Source: Candidatus Thorarchaeota archaeon (GTDB lineage: Archaea > Asgardarchaeota > Thorarchaeia > Thorarchaeales > Thorarchaeaceae). From it: a DNA stretch of 64,000 nt. The DNA is taken from assembly GCA_048884965.1 (NCBI GenBank), contig JBHLQH010000001.1:1-64000 (forward strand). Direction: 5' to 3'. Positions 1-10,009 of this stretch are shown here, piece by piece (within the stretch, counting starts at the first letter, position 1; every line of letters starts with the position of its first letter). Both the position numbers and the translations under genes were made by a program. The notes beneath the pieces are model-generated. The model did no database searches, was not told the DNA's origin, and was given only the letters and a program-made list of their open reading frames with translations.

Positions 1-1767
1 GTGCTATCACTCACGAGCACTGCTCATCGAAATCTCGCATCTGTTGAGATGGAGAATTCTGGTCCTATTGTTGATAATCTGACGTTCAAGTTAATCGGAC
101 ATGATGATCTCGAAATTGATGCGCTACTTGACAATGAAGTTGACATGATATCTCATAGGGTTGATCAGGTCTTTGTTGAACAGTTCTCAGAAATTGATGA
201 AGTGGAAGTTAAGGAAATACTTCGAAATGGCTATGGAAAAGTGATTATCAACTGCGAGAAGTATCCTCTAAATGAAACTGCATTGCGTAGGGCAATGGCA
301 TTTGCGATTGACAAGCAGTCCGATTCGATCACATCCTGCATAGGCCCTTATGTTCCTCTAGATTCCTGTATCCCCCGAGGTAATCCTTGGTCCATTGAGG
401 GACAACTTGAATACTCATACTATGATGATGATTTGATCACTGGAAACATACTTCTTGATGAAGCCGGGTTTGCACTTGACCTCGAGTCAGGCTTCCGTAA
501 AGCTCCAAACGGCGAACCATTAACTCTGAATCTTGAAGTGGTTCAATCAGGTTGTCCTCCCTCAGAGGTCATTCATGCAATTTTGGACGGATTAGCGGGA
601 CTCAGTCTTGATGCGCATGTCAGCTATACTGACTATACAGATCTGTTACCTAGAATCTATAATCATCAGTCATTTGATATGGCAATATTGGGTAGTACTT
701 TTGCCGATTACGATGTTGACTGGATGGCTGATTATTATTGGTCCGGGAATGCCTATGAACCATATCTGAATCCGCCAAAATGGCAAAACGAATCATTCGA
801 TAGTTGGCGTGATCAGCTGCTTCACGGAACGAGCTATGAAGAAGTCTATGAAGCAGCGATTGAGATGCAGAGAATATGGGTGTATGAATGTCCAGAGATC
901 ATATTCTATCAGAACATATACTACTATGCCTGCAGGGAGAATATTCCAAATCTAGAGATAGACCCATTGGATGGATTTGCCAGCAGATGGACTGTCTATG
1001 GCGCAAAACTATCCGATTCATCTGGGGGCAATCTGCGAATTGCAGATCAGCTGACTCCTCATTACAACCCGTACCAATCATGTAGTTGCTATCCATCATT
1101 CAGCAGCTATTTGCCCTACGACTCCCTAATCATCCGTGACATTCATGGCAACTATATTCCATGGCTCGCTACGGACTACTCTATTGAAACACATGCGGAT
1201 AATCCGAGCATTCCTGAAGGAAATACTAGATTTATGTTTCAAGTGGTCCAAAATGCGATTTGGTCAGACGGAGTCCCCCTCACGGCGGATGACATAGCTT
1301 GGACCTACAATTTCATTCGCAACGATGTGACAAATCTGTATCGGTCTAGCCTGTCTTCCCTAGCATCTGCCTTCGCACCATCTGAATCATATGTGGTTCT
1401 TGAGTTTACTGGGGAATCTTACTGGTACCTCTCAACGATAGCTGAGATTCTTGTACTACCAAAGCATGAATTCATTCAAAGGAATATTACATCCATCTTG
1501 AGCTGGTCCCCAGATCCCTTTGAAGAGTCAGTAGTCACCTCTGGTCCTTTTAATTTCACATCCTATATCCATAATGAGGATGAGGAGTATTATGAGATGT
1601 CCACCAATCCGTTCTACTTCTATGGAATGCATAATTCTGAAACGACTACTACCAGTGATACTGGTCCAAATGGCTTCTACGAATTCAGTCTGATTAGCTT
1701 GACTATTACATCTGCAAGTATCGCTGTGGTTGTTTGCATTGTCATTCTCTGGAACCGACAGAGATAG
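1..1767 (+). CDS. ABC transporter substrate-binding protein, family 5 (peptide/nickel type), C-terminal TM anchor; probably 5'-truncated by the window edge
   Basis: Motifs INCEKYPLN..LRRAMAFAIDK, WSDGVPLTADDIAWT and VTSGPF; Thr-rich linker, then hydrophobic helix and NRQR tail; ORF is open at base 1. Confidence 0.85.
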   Translation: MLSLTSTAHRNLASVEMENSGPIVDNLTFKLIGHDDLEIDALLDNEVDMISHRVDQVFVEQFSEIDEVEVKEILRNGYGKVIINCEKYPLNETALRRAMAFAIDKQSDSITSCIGPYVPLDSCIPRGNPWSIEGQLEYSYYDDDLITGNILLDEAGFALDLESGFRKAPNGEPLTLNLEVVQSGCPPSEVIHAILDGLAGLSLDAHVSYTDYTDLLPRIYNHQSFDMAILGSTFADYDVDWMADYYWSGNAYEPYLNPPKWQNESFDSWRDQLLHGTSYEEVYEAAIEMQRIWVYECPEIIFYQNIYYYACRENIPNLEIDPLDGFASRWTVYGAKLSDSSGGNLRIADQLTPHYNPYQSCSCYPSFSSYLPYDSLIIRDIHGNYIPWLATDYSIETHADNPSIPEGNTRFMFQVVQNAIWSDGVPLTADDIAWTYNFIRNDVTNLYRSSLSSLASAFAPSESYVVLEFTGESYWYLSTIAEILVLPKHEFIQRNITSILSWSPDPFEESVVTSGPFNFTSYIHNEDEEYYEMSTNPFYFYGMHNSETTTTSDTGPNGFYEFSLISLTITSASIAVVVCIVILWNRQR

Positions 1768-1770
1768 TTG

Positions 1771-2682
1771 CTATCCCTCATTCACATTTCCACATGCTTC
1801 GCAGGTATGTCTATCTCCAGCAACAAGTATTCTTGGCAGAGGCTTGCCGCAATGACGACACTTCTGCATCTTGACTTCATCGGATCTAAGTTCCTTGATA
1901 GTCTGGGTAGCCTCTAGTGAGATGAACTCGTCTGTCTGGGCTTCGTAACGCCCTGCGACCTTACCTTCACCGACCAGGAGAAATACCAACTCTCGAGTTT
2001 CTTCAAGTGTCATGTTTGTATACTGAGTGAGATCCTCCATGCTTATCCTAGGTACAGACTTGAGCACCCCCAAAGCCATGCTTGATGCTCGTCCAGAAGT
2101 AACCGGACCTTGGGTCTGAACTGGTGCTTGGGTTTTCGCTCTATCGATCCAGATGATTGTCTTCTTGTATTTCCTGAGTGTCCCTTGTAACGCATCCTGA
2201 AGATTCCTCGAAGCTTTAATTTTCATATGTCTGTCCAAGCCGACTTCCTTTAGCTTTCGACAAGTTATCAATGCACTAATATCGATTTCAAGGAGTGGAT
2301 TTCCGTCAATCTGGAACTTCTCCAGATTCTGATGATTAGCCAATGGGTCGACATTCAGTGATTGAAGTTGATTTCCTCGCAAATCGATACGTTCTAGATC
2401 CATGTGTTCTGATAGTGGCGAAAGGTCAAGAGATCGAAGTCTGTTATCTCTGAGTACTATTGAGCGAAGCAAATTACACCCACCGAGTGGTGAGAGGTCC
2501 AACTCCACTAATTCATTGTCATAGATAAGCAGGTCTCTAAGCCGCAGACATCGTCGTATTGGTTCAAGGTTGATTGAAGTTATTCCTTTATTAGCAAAAT
2601 CGATTCTCGTTGTTGAATCGTTCACAGAAAGGACCTTGGTATTTCCACGCTTATCGATATACGGGAATTCAACATTAGCCAA
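1771..2682 (-). CDS. Leucine-rich repeat protein with C-terminal PCI-like winged helix and zinc ribbon
   Basis: About 6 LxxLxLxxNxLxxLDL repeats; VLKSVPRISMEDL..LVGEGKVAGRYE is PCI/WH-like; CRHC...CEAC; start set at TTG 2682 after GGAGG (ORF track starts at 2763). Confidence 0.75.
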   Translation of the reverse strand: MANVEFPYIDKRGNTKVLSVNDSTTRIDFANKGITSINLEPIRRCLRLRDLLIYDNELVELDLSPLGGCNLLRSIVLRDNRLRSLDLSPLSEHMDLERIDLRGNQLQSLNVDPLANHQNLEKFQIDGNPLLEIDISALITCRKLKEVGLDRHMKIKASRNLQDALQGTLRKYKKTIIWIDRAKTQAPVQTQGPVTSGRASSMALGVLKSVPRISMEDLTQYTNMTLEETRELVFLLVGEGKVAGRYEAQTDEFISLEATQTIKELRSDEVKMQKCRHCGKPLPRILVAGDRHTCEACGNVNEG

Positions 2683-2821
2683 TTGCGAAGAACCTCCACA
2701 TCTATCTAATTCACTCTCCTTCCTTTGTATAAAGCTATGTTGAATATACTCACTCATACGCAAGAATGAAGATAGCTCACAAAACTGAAGGCTTTTAGAT
2801 ATCCATTCCTGTGTCTAACTG

Positions 2822-3502
2822 ATGTGCGGTCGTTTCTCTCTTCTGACTAATGTCAAGGCGCTTATCGAGCGATTCGGAATCCAGGTTGTGGACAGTCGGC
2901 CTTCACCAAGGTATAACATCGCTCCATCACAGTCTGTATCAGTCATTATTGAGAATGAGGGTCGAAGAATGGTGGAAATGCGTTGGGGACTCATCCCGCA
3001 CTGGGCTAAAGATTCCAAGATAGGCAACAAGATGATCAATGCGCGCGTTGAATCCTTACTTTCTAAAGGGATTTTCAAACCTGCACTCAGGAGCCGCAGA
3101 TGTCTGATACTAGCTGATGGTTTCTATGAGTGGCAAATGATTGGAAAAGTCAAGAAACCAATGCACATTCGGCTCAAGTCCAGAGAGCCCTTTGCTTTTG
3201 CAGGTCTGTTTGAGAATTGGAGATCACCAACAGAGAAGATAATTCAAAGCTGCACCATCATCACTACGACGTCAAATGATTTGATGGCTCCGATTCATGA
3301 TCGAATGCCTGTGATACTTGAACGAACGGATGAAGCAGATTGGTTGACAGCAGAAAGCACAGACCCAACTACACTTGTGGAACTTCTCAAACCCTATGAG
3401 TCAGCGCCACTAGAGGCATACGAAGTATCGACCTTTGTGAACTCGCCTGCAAACGAAGGATCTGAGTGCATCCGTCCGATTGATCAGACATTCATACAAT
3501 AG
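2822..3502 (+). CDS. SOS response-associated peptidase (SRAP/YedK/HMCES family), abasic-site DNA-protein crosslinker
   Basis: N-terminal MCGRF (Cys2), RYNIAP, WGLIP, NARVE, GFYEW, HDRMPVIL. Confidence 0.95.
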   Translation: MCGRFSLLTNVKALIERFGIQVVDSRPSPRYNIAPSQSVSVIIENEGRRMVEMRWGLIPHWAKDSKIGNKMINARVESLLSKGIFKPALRSRRCLILADGFYEWQMIGKVKKPMHIRLKSREPFAFAGLFENWRSPTEKIIQSCTIITTTSNDLMAPIHDRMPVILERTDEADWLTAESTDPTTLVELLKPYESAPLEAYEVSTFVNSPANEGSECIRPIDQTFIQ

Positions 3503-3510
3503 ATACATGT

Positions 3511-3568
3511 GAGTCGAGAGGATATTTACACCTCTCAACTCCTCCTCCTTCAAGATCTGAAGGAAGAG
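3511..3568. terminator. Two adjacent hairpins between convergent genes
   Basis: 3511-3541 forms an 11-bp stem on the minus strand (GAGTTGAGAGG/CCTCTCGACTC, one G-U); 3546-3564 TCCTTCA/TGAAGGA. Confidence 0.45.
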
Positions 3569-3628
3569 CCCCATTCATGTATCTTCAAAGGGATGCCTCG
3601 AACTATGAAATTGGCTCATTCAGTCTGG

Positions 3629-3988
3629 CTAGTAGCTCATGCTCTCTGCATCAATATTACTGATGCAAATGTTGCAGCTGTACAATGTAGAGCCGCGAGG
3701 TGCCTCAAAGAAGGATCCACAATCTTGACATCTCATCCAATAGAAACCCGCCTTCTTTGGTGGGCTAATTTGGATGTATCCATCAGCAAAGGATCCGCGC
3801 ATCTCAAAGCCGCCATCGTCAAGGGCCTTGAAATAAGCCCAAGCTTCTTCGAACCTCGCCACTATATCACTGACTGTCTTACACTCGTCCAGCAGACCCC
3901 TATAGCTCCAGACCCAAGGTCTGCAGTCTAGGCAGTCGCATGTTTCATAGGGTATTCCGGTATTATGACATCTATTCAAGTCAAGCAT
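3629..3988 (-). CDS. Hypothetical Cys-rich (zinc-binding) protein
   Basis: C..CDCLDC at the N-terminus and CQDC...CNIC zinc ribbon at the C-terminus; more protein-like than the opposite-strand ORF. Confidence 0.6.
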   Translation of the reverse strand: MLDLNRCHNTGIPYETCDCLDCRPWVWSYRGLLDECKTVSDIVARFEEAWAYFKALDDGGFEMRGSFADGYIQISPPKKAGFYWMRCQDCGSFFEAPRGSTLYSCNICISNIDAESMSY

Positions 3989-4189
3989 CCCCTTTCATGT
4001 TCTTATATCACCTGAATACAGCTAAAGCCCACTACAATTTGGATGTCTCCCTCATAAAACTCTAAATCATTGTTATGAGTAATTAGATTTCCCTGTAGGC
4101 TGAAAAAAGGATGAATAGAATCTATTACCTTGAATGGAATCATTGAATACCTTCTGCGACACCATTGCTGTTGAGTATGATGCAACACT

Positions 4190-6073
4190 TCATGAAGTTC
4201 TGAACATTTCTGGCTTCTCTAATCTCCACTTGATGAGTACGATGATCATAACAGCTAATGAAGGAATGGTGATCACTAGATTCAGAATTGAAATTCCTGG
4301 AATACCGAATAAATTGTCTGTCAGACCTGGCAATGGAGGGTCTGTTGTGAGTGTGGATCCTGGAATAGAAGAATCTGTAGGATGATCGTCTAGCCCAAAG
4401 AAGTATAATGAATTATACCTTAGATGGACGTAATCTCCATACTCATAATCTGAAATTATGAATGGACCTGATGTCACCATAGCCTCCTCCGGAGGGTCTG
4501 GATTCCAGAGGTTCCAACTATCAATGCCAATGTCAATGAAAACATGCCTTGGTAATATTGGCTTGTAGCCTATAGTACGTAGATGCCAGTAGGACTCGGT
4601 TCTAAATTCAGTGACGATCCGGTAGGTAGAGATCGCATAAGCTGCAGCGAGGTCTTCGAGATCGATGCCATATGGATTTCCTGGAGCATCACGATAGTAG
4701 TTGAGTGTAAATGCGATATCCTCTGCTGTCAATGGTGTACCGTCTGTCCAAGAGATATCATGTCGAATATCGAAGGTGAATCTTGAATAGCCATCAGGAA
4801 CCGCTTGGTTGTCTTCGTGTGTTTCTGCAACGAACGCTTCTGCCAACCAGAGTACGTCTCGTCCATCAGGAGCCTGACGAATAAGTGAGTCGTACAGATT
4901 ATCCAGAACGTATGTGGATGATTCAGAAGGGATCACCATGAAATTGAACGATTCCACATCTTGGACCATTCCTATTTTCAGAGTTCCTCCAAGTATCTCT
5001 GTTTCATCAATCACATGTGTTCTGAAGTTCGTCCACCAGCTTGGAACTCCTGCCCTTATGGAATTGATGAATCCCTCAAATCTATCTGTTCGATATGCTG
5101 AGAGAATCAGATTCTGATAAGCTATGATTACAGGAGAGTCTTCGACCCATATCCTCTGCATCTCGATAGCAGCCTCATATACGTCCTCAAACTCGGTTGC
5201 ATGGAAGAGCTGATCCCGCCAGCTGTCGAAGGTAGCATTACGCCAATTAGGATAGTTCCGGTAAGGCTCATCCGCATACTCGGTCCAATAGTCGAATGCA
5301 AATTCAACGAGCTCATTGGATCCATAGTCCTTTTCCACCATGACACAATCATAATCTCCGTGGAAATACAATCTATTGAGGTATTCATCGTAATATGCTG
5401 GGATTAGCTCAGCATCAATATGCATCTCGTCAAATGCGTCAAGGAGAATCTCTCCAGTTTGAATATCTATATCACTAATTAGCGACCCCTCAATTTGAAC
5501 ATCAAACTCTGATCCATCTGGAGCTTCCCTAAATCCATCTACATCAACATCTAAGAAACCTGCAATATCCAGCAACTGATTGGCTATTGAGATATTAGCA
5601 TTGTAATAGTTAAAATCCAGCATCCCTTCAGCAGAGAAGATATTATTCGATGGGATGGGGCAGTCTTGAAGATATGCGAGTCCTTCCCATACCTCGCTTA
5701 TGACCCTTTGCTTATCAAAGGCAAAAGCAACCGCACGACGGAATGATGAAATGTTAAAGGGGTACTTTACGCAATTGATACAGAAAATAGAAAACCCATT
5801 CCGAGGGGTTGATTCAACTTGGATATCACCTACAGATTCTAGCATTCTGTAATCTATGGGTGACAACGCCTCACCTACGAGGTCGATATCTCCGTCTTGG
5901 ATTGCCAGTATCATATTATCCATGCTCGGAATTATGTCATAATCCAATCCATTGAGATATGGTCCTTCTTGTAGAGTTTCAGTGGTTTGCCCCGATACAC
6001 ACAGCGGTGATAACTGAAGGAGTATCATAAGAAAAAAGATGACCATAGCTATTCTGAGCTTTGACTTCAACAC
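4190..6073 (-). CDS. ABC transporter substrate-binding protein, family 5, signal peptide and C-terminal TM anchor
   Basis: NCVKYPFN..FRRAVAFAFDK, GGTLKIG, WTDGTPLTAEDIAFT, VTSGPF; paralog of 1..1767; GTG start right after the upstream stop. Confidence 0.88.
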   Translation of the reverse strand: MLKSKLRIAMVIFFLMILLQLSPLCVSGQTTETLQEGPYLNGLDYDIIPSMDNMILAIQDGDIDLVGEALSPIDYRMLESVGDIQVESTPRNGFSIFCINCVKYPFNISSFRRAVAFAFDKQRVISEVWEGLAYLQDCPIPSNNIFSAEGMLDFNYYNANISIANQLLDIAGFLDVDVDGFREAPDGSEFDVQIEGSLISDIDIQTGEILLDAFDEMHIDAELIPAYYDEYLNRLYFHGDYDCVMVEKDYGSNELVEFAFDYWTEYADEPYRNYPNWRNATFDSWRDQLFHATEFEDVYEAAIEMQRIWVEDSPVIIAYQNLILSAYRTDRFEGFINSIRAGVPSWWTNFRTHVIDETEILGGTLKIGMVQDVESFNFMVIPSESSTYVLDNLYDSLIRQAPDGRDVLWLAEAFVAETHEDNQAVPDGYSRFTFDIRHDISWTDGTPLTAEDIAFTLNYYRDAPGNPYGIDLEDLAAAYAISTYRIVTEFRTESYWHLRTIGYKPILPRHVFIDIGIDSWNLWNPDPPEEAMVTSGPFIISDYEYGDYVHLRYNSLYFFGLDDHPTDSSIPGSTLTTDPPLPGLTDNLFGIPGISILNLVITIPSLAVMIIVLIKWRLEKPEMFRTS

Positions 6074-6074
6074 C

Positions 6075-7895
6075 TCATCGATTCCTCCTGCAAACAACCA
6101 GTACTATAACCAGTGCTACAAATCCTACCAGTGCAATTGGTATTAGATTCGTTGTATCCCAGATTCCCGCTGTTTCAGTGGGACTTGTATCAGTTGCTTC
6201 TACTGCATGTGGTTGATAGAAATACGCGGGGTTGCGGGTTAGCTCTACGTACTCATTCTCTACATAATCGCTGATGTTGAAGGGGCCTGATGTGGCAAAT
6301 TCTCCACTCAAAGGATCTGGTTTCCAGTCTTGCCATTCTGACAGACCAATCGTTTCTAGTACTTGCTTGGGCATGATGGGTTTGTAGCCAATTGAATGTA
6401 GATGCCAATAGGAAGTGGTATTGAACTCCACTACGACTCTATAGTCGTTTGGAGCGTAGGTTGTTACTAATCCTACTAGATCTTGACCCAAGGGATTTCC
6501 AACCGAATTCACATAGTATGAAAGACTGTAGCTTATATCTTCAGCTGTAAGTGGTTCTCCATCTGACCATGTCGCATTATCCAATATATCAAAAGTCAAA
6601 CGAGAATGCCCCTCTGATATCGCTACATCATCTTCTGTAGTCGTTATTGTATAGTTTTTAGCCAACCACGGAATCGAACTTCCATCAGGACTTTGTTTCA
6701 ACAAGCTATCATAGAGAATATCAAAGATTTTCAAGGAATAAGTGGATGAGCTAGTCATCAAGTTGTATGTATCTGGATACAAAGGTACTCCTATACGAAG
6801 TGTGCCTCCTATCTGTCCAAGTGGTCCCGAGTCTAGTCGCAGCTTGTAGTTGGTCCAAAAACTTGGCACTCCTTTTAGTACATCATTCACAAATCCCGTG
6901 AATTTATCATTTCGGTGGGCATAAAGTAGTCGGTTTTGATAGCAGACAATATACGGACATTCTTCCAGCCAAATCTTCTGCATCTCTAGCGTAGCTTCAG
7001 CTATATCCGAATATTCTGTGGATGAGAGAAGTTGGCTTGACCATGAGTCGTAGGTAGAATTCGACCAGTTGATGTTGATGTTATAAAGAGGACTTGATGG
7101 CGGGTTTGGACAAGCCATCCAATCTAAGTCAAATGTGGGAAAACTGCGACCTCCGAAGATCATCTCGAAGTTCTCAAAGTAGGATGGATATTGCTGCGGA
7201 TAGATGTAGAAATCATATGGAAATGCGGTTGCATTGATACCGATTCTTTCTAGAGTTTCTTCAAACATCATAGATATTTCCTTTACGATATTCGAAGTAG
7301 TGCCATAGTCTATTCGAACATCAAAGGATGTACCATTTGGAAGTTCTCTATATCCGTCCTCATTGACATCAATGAAGCCCAAGTTGTCTAGAATTGCCAT
7401 TGCCGTTTCATTATCTTGGTCATAGTATGAGAAAGGAACATCCCCTTCGACTGAAAGTGGATTGTTCTGAGGTACAAGAGAATCAAGGGGGACTGCTAAT
7501 CCATTCCAAATAGCTTCTGTAATTTCCATTTTATCAACTGCATATGCAATAGCACGTCTAAATTGTGAGATATTCAATGGATATTTCTCACAATTAAAAG
7601 CCATGTATCCATAGCCATTCCTTAGGCTATTGACAACATCAATGAGCTCCGGATGTAAAGGTCCCAATCCATCTAATAATGACGGATCTAGGATATCCCC
7701 GATAAGGTCAATTTGATTATTATCCAAAGCTGTGAATAGGTAATCATCCTGTGTTATGATGTTGAATAGAATCCTCTCAAGGAACGGGCCTTCATAGATA
7801 CTCTCTTGTGTCACATCAATAGATTGAACTTGAATGATTGGACTTACTAAGAGAATGAGTGAGACCAGACCGATTTGGATTCTTCTGCCCCTCAC
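6075..7895 (-). CDS. ABC transporter substrate-binding protein, family 5, signal peptide and C-terminal TM anchor
   Basis: NCEKYPLN..FRRAIAYAVDK, GGTLRIG, WSDGEPLTAEDI, ATSGPF..LTRNPAYF; TM helix plus CRRNR tail. Confidence 0.88.
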   Translation of the reverse strand: MRGRRIQIGLVSLILLVSPIIQVQSIDVTQESIYEGPFLERILFNIITQDDYLFTALDNNQIDLIGDILDPSLLDGLGPLHPELIDVVNSLRNGYGYMAFNCEKYPLNISQFRRAIAYAVDKMEITEAIWNGLAVPLDSLVPQNNPLSVEGDVPFSYYDQDNETAMAILDNLGFIDVNEDGYRELPNGTSFDVRIDYGTTSNIVKEISMMFEETLERIGINATAFPYDFYIYPQQYPSYFENFEMIFGGRSFPTFDLDWMACPNPPSSPLYNININWSNSTYDSWSSQLLSSTEYSDIAEATLEMQKIWLEECPYIVCYQNRLLYAHRNDKFTGFVNDVLKGVPSFWTNYKLRLDSGPLGQIGGTLRIGVPLYPDTYNLMTSSSTYSLKIFDILYDSLLKQSPDGSSIPWLAKNYTITTTEDDVAISEGHSRLTFDILDNATWSDGEPLTAEDISYSLSYYVNSVGNPLGQDLVGLVTTYAPNDYRVVVEFNTTSYWHLHSIGYKPIMPKQVLETIGLSEWQDWKPDPLSGEFATSGPFNISDYVENEYVELTRNPAYFYQPHAVEATDTSPTETAGIWDTTNLIPIALVGFVALVIVLVVCRRNR

Positions 7896-8006
7896 GAATG
7901 CGCACCTACCTACAATATAGAACTCCCCTGAATATTGGTGTTCTTTTGTTGACTGCCACACATCTATTGGACATATTCCTTATGAAAGAGTCTTTTCAAG
8001 CATACA

Positions 8007-8936
8007 TCATGTGAGCTCAGCATCTATGATTGTCTTCAGTGCTTCACGCAAGGGAAACTTGAAGATCTGAACTGGATAGAGGACCATGTTTCTTACAGAT
8101 ATGACGCCATGCATATTCTTCACCTTGGTCGCCACATCTTGCATGTCTCTGGTATGCTTGACCACGAAGACACTGAACATTACTGGTTCTGTCGCGGAAA
8201 CATAGGAGTACCAGTACTCAACTGGGAGATGCTCTTTCAATTCTGCTTCAAGCGTTTTGGAATTAGTAGATCTAGCGTCAAATTCGACTCTTGCCATGAA
8301 ATATAGTCCCTCCCCCATGTTGACGTTCCAGAACACAGCAAAGTGGATGCTGTCATTCTCATGGATTTCCTCTAGTGTCTTTCGCACTCTTCTAGCAGAA
8401 AGCCCTGATTCTTGGCATATCTCCACAATCTGTTTTCTTGGGTCGTCGATGAGGGTTTTCAGTACTCTAAGTTGCATCTTGGTAAGATCTGAAGTTCTTC
8501 CATCCGGCAGTGGCTGTTCTCCTATGATATGCATCTCCAGCTCTGAAACATGATCAATCCCTCTAAGGTGAATACTCAAGTCGTTGACTTGCTGCAAACC
8601 GATGCATTGAGAGTAGAGAATGTAGCTCTTCTCTATTTGCGGGAATACTCCTAGCGTTGCAGGGTGCTCGTTGATTGCTTCATAGAACACAGATCTATCC
8701 TCTGCGCCATCGGTTGTAATCGCTGATATGACAAGTGTTGCATCAGCCATCCGATTTCTGAGTTGCACTACAAATTCATGTATAACTCCACTCTCTATGA
8801 GATTGGTGATTCGCTTTTTGATAGCATTGGGAGAGATACCTATCCTATCAGCTAGTTCCCGATAGGTGATCCTACAGTTCTCATCAAGTTCAAAGAGCAA
8901 CCTCTTATCTATCTCATCCAAGCGATTCTCCCTCAA
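8007..8936 (-). CDS. Tandem (double) Lrp/AsnC-family transcriptional regulator
   Basis: LDEIDKRLLFELDENCRITYRELADRIGIS HTH plus ligand-binding domain, repeated at LTKMQLRVLKTLIDDPRKQIVEI. Confidence 0.85.
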   Translation of the reverse strand: MRENRLDEIDKRLLFELDENCRITYRELADRIGISPNAIKKRITNLIESGVIHEFVVQLRNRMADATLVISAITTDGAEDRSVFYEAINEHPATLGVFPQIEKSYILYSQCIGLQQVNDLSIHLRGIDHVSELEMHIIGEQPLPDGRTSDLTKMQLRVLKTLIDDPRKQIVEICQESGLSARRVRKTLEEIHENDSIHFAVFWNVNMGEGLYFMARVEFDARSTNSKTLEAELKEHLPVEYWYSYVSATEPVMFSVFVVKHTRDMQDVATKVKNMHGVISVRNMVLYPVQIFKFPLREALKTIIDAELT

Positions 8937-9098
8937 AGGGTTAAGGTACGGGGGAATATATCCTCCAAATGGGGAATAGCTGCCTATAAACTATGGGCAA
9001 ATGTCTGGCTGACTGTTCATTCAATGAGGACGATAATCACTATAAGACGAGAGTTTAAGTCATTCACAATGGAACCTCGTGATCCCTTCTACTAGATA

Positions 9099-9371
9099 TC
9101 AGACAGGTCTATCGCGTGCCATCGCTTTTCGTCGGGCGATAGTAACCACATCCAGCTCCGTCGGTGGTATATGTTTGTCCTTGACCAATCCTTCTAGGCA
9201 CTTCTTGCACGAAACCCACTCCGTGTCCCTTGTTATACGAAGTCGAGATTCAGGACTATTCTTATGATAGAATGGTCTGGTAGCGTCTGGCTCTGGATGC
9301 CAGTGGATTACATTCCCTCGGACATACCGTGGATATCTAATAGTAATTCTCTCAGGTCTTTTCTCGTTCAT
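9099..9371 (-). CDS. Small hypothetical protein, possible His/Cys metal site
   Basis: IHWH...VSCKKC motif; ATG at 9371. Confidence 0.5.
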   Translation of the reverse strand: MNEKRPERITIRYPRYVRGNVIHWHPEPDATRPFYHKNSPESRLRITRDTEWVSCKKCLEGLVKDKHIPPTELDVVTIARRKAMARDRPV

Positions 9372-9482
9372 ATTTGAGTTGTCGATATCCCAGAGCAAAC
9401 GGGTTATTGAGCATTGCTCCCATCAATCCTCTCTCTTCGTAATTGTGGTGCTTGGAGATTGGATATCACCATGAATGCAATT

Positions 9483-9872
9483 TCACGATTTGAACTCTTT
9501 CCACTCTGAACCTAGAGACCATGAACCATTTATCTTCCCATCTTTAATGTGATGAATAATGAGCTCGTCAAGATAGCAGCGCATACCATCTTCCCGTCTT
9601 GTACCTAAAAGCCGAATCCAACTTGCGACCTTATCTCCCTCAGCTAGCATATCAAGTATGTCGATTCGAAAATCGGTAAATGGTTCTCTGTAGTGACTAA
9701 CCGCTTGCTTCACCATCTCTCGTGTAACGAAGACCTCGGTTCTCAATCCATGACAAACATGTTCAGGATCCATGAGCTCATCTACAAGAGATGGATTGTG
9801 ATCATTCCAGACCCTCTCGATGTACCGTCTGATAATCTCCTTGTTCCTCTCTATCATAGATATAGCATCCAA
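9483..9872 (-). CDS. SnoaL-like / ester cyclase (NTF2-fold) protein
   Basis: NKEIIRRYIERVWN...PFTDFRIDILDMLAEGDKVA...HIKDGKI. Confidence 0.85.
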   Translation of the reverse strand: MDAISMIERNKEIIRRYIERVWNDHNPSLVDELMDPEHVCHGLRTEVFVTREMVKQAVSHYREPFTDFRIDILDMLAEGDKVASWIRLLGTRREDGMRCYLDELIIHHIKDGKINGSWSLGSEWKEFKS

Positions 9873-10009
9873 CGGGAATGTATATCTTAACTTGGATAAA
9901 AGTTAGTAACCTGAAATCCGACCTGATTTCTAATGTATCTCTACCAAACAGAACATTCAAAAAACCGAGCGAGTGATGCTCATAGACCTTCACACGGGAA
10001 GTGCGAACC

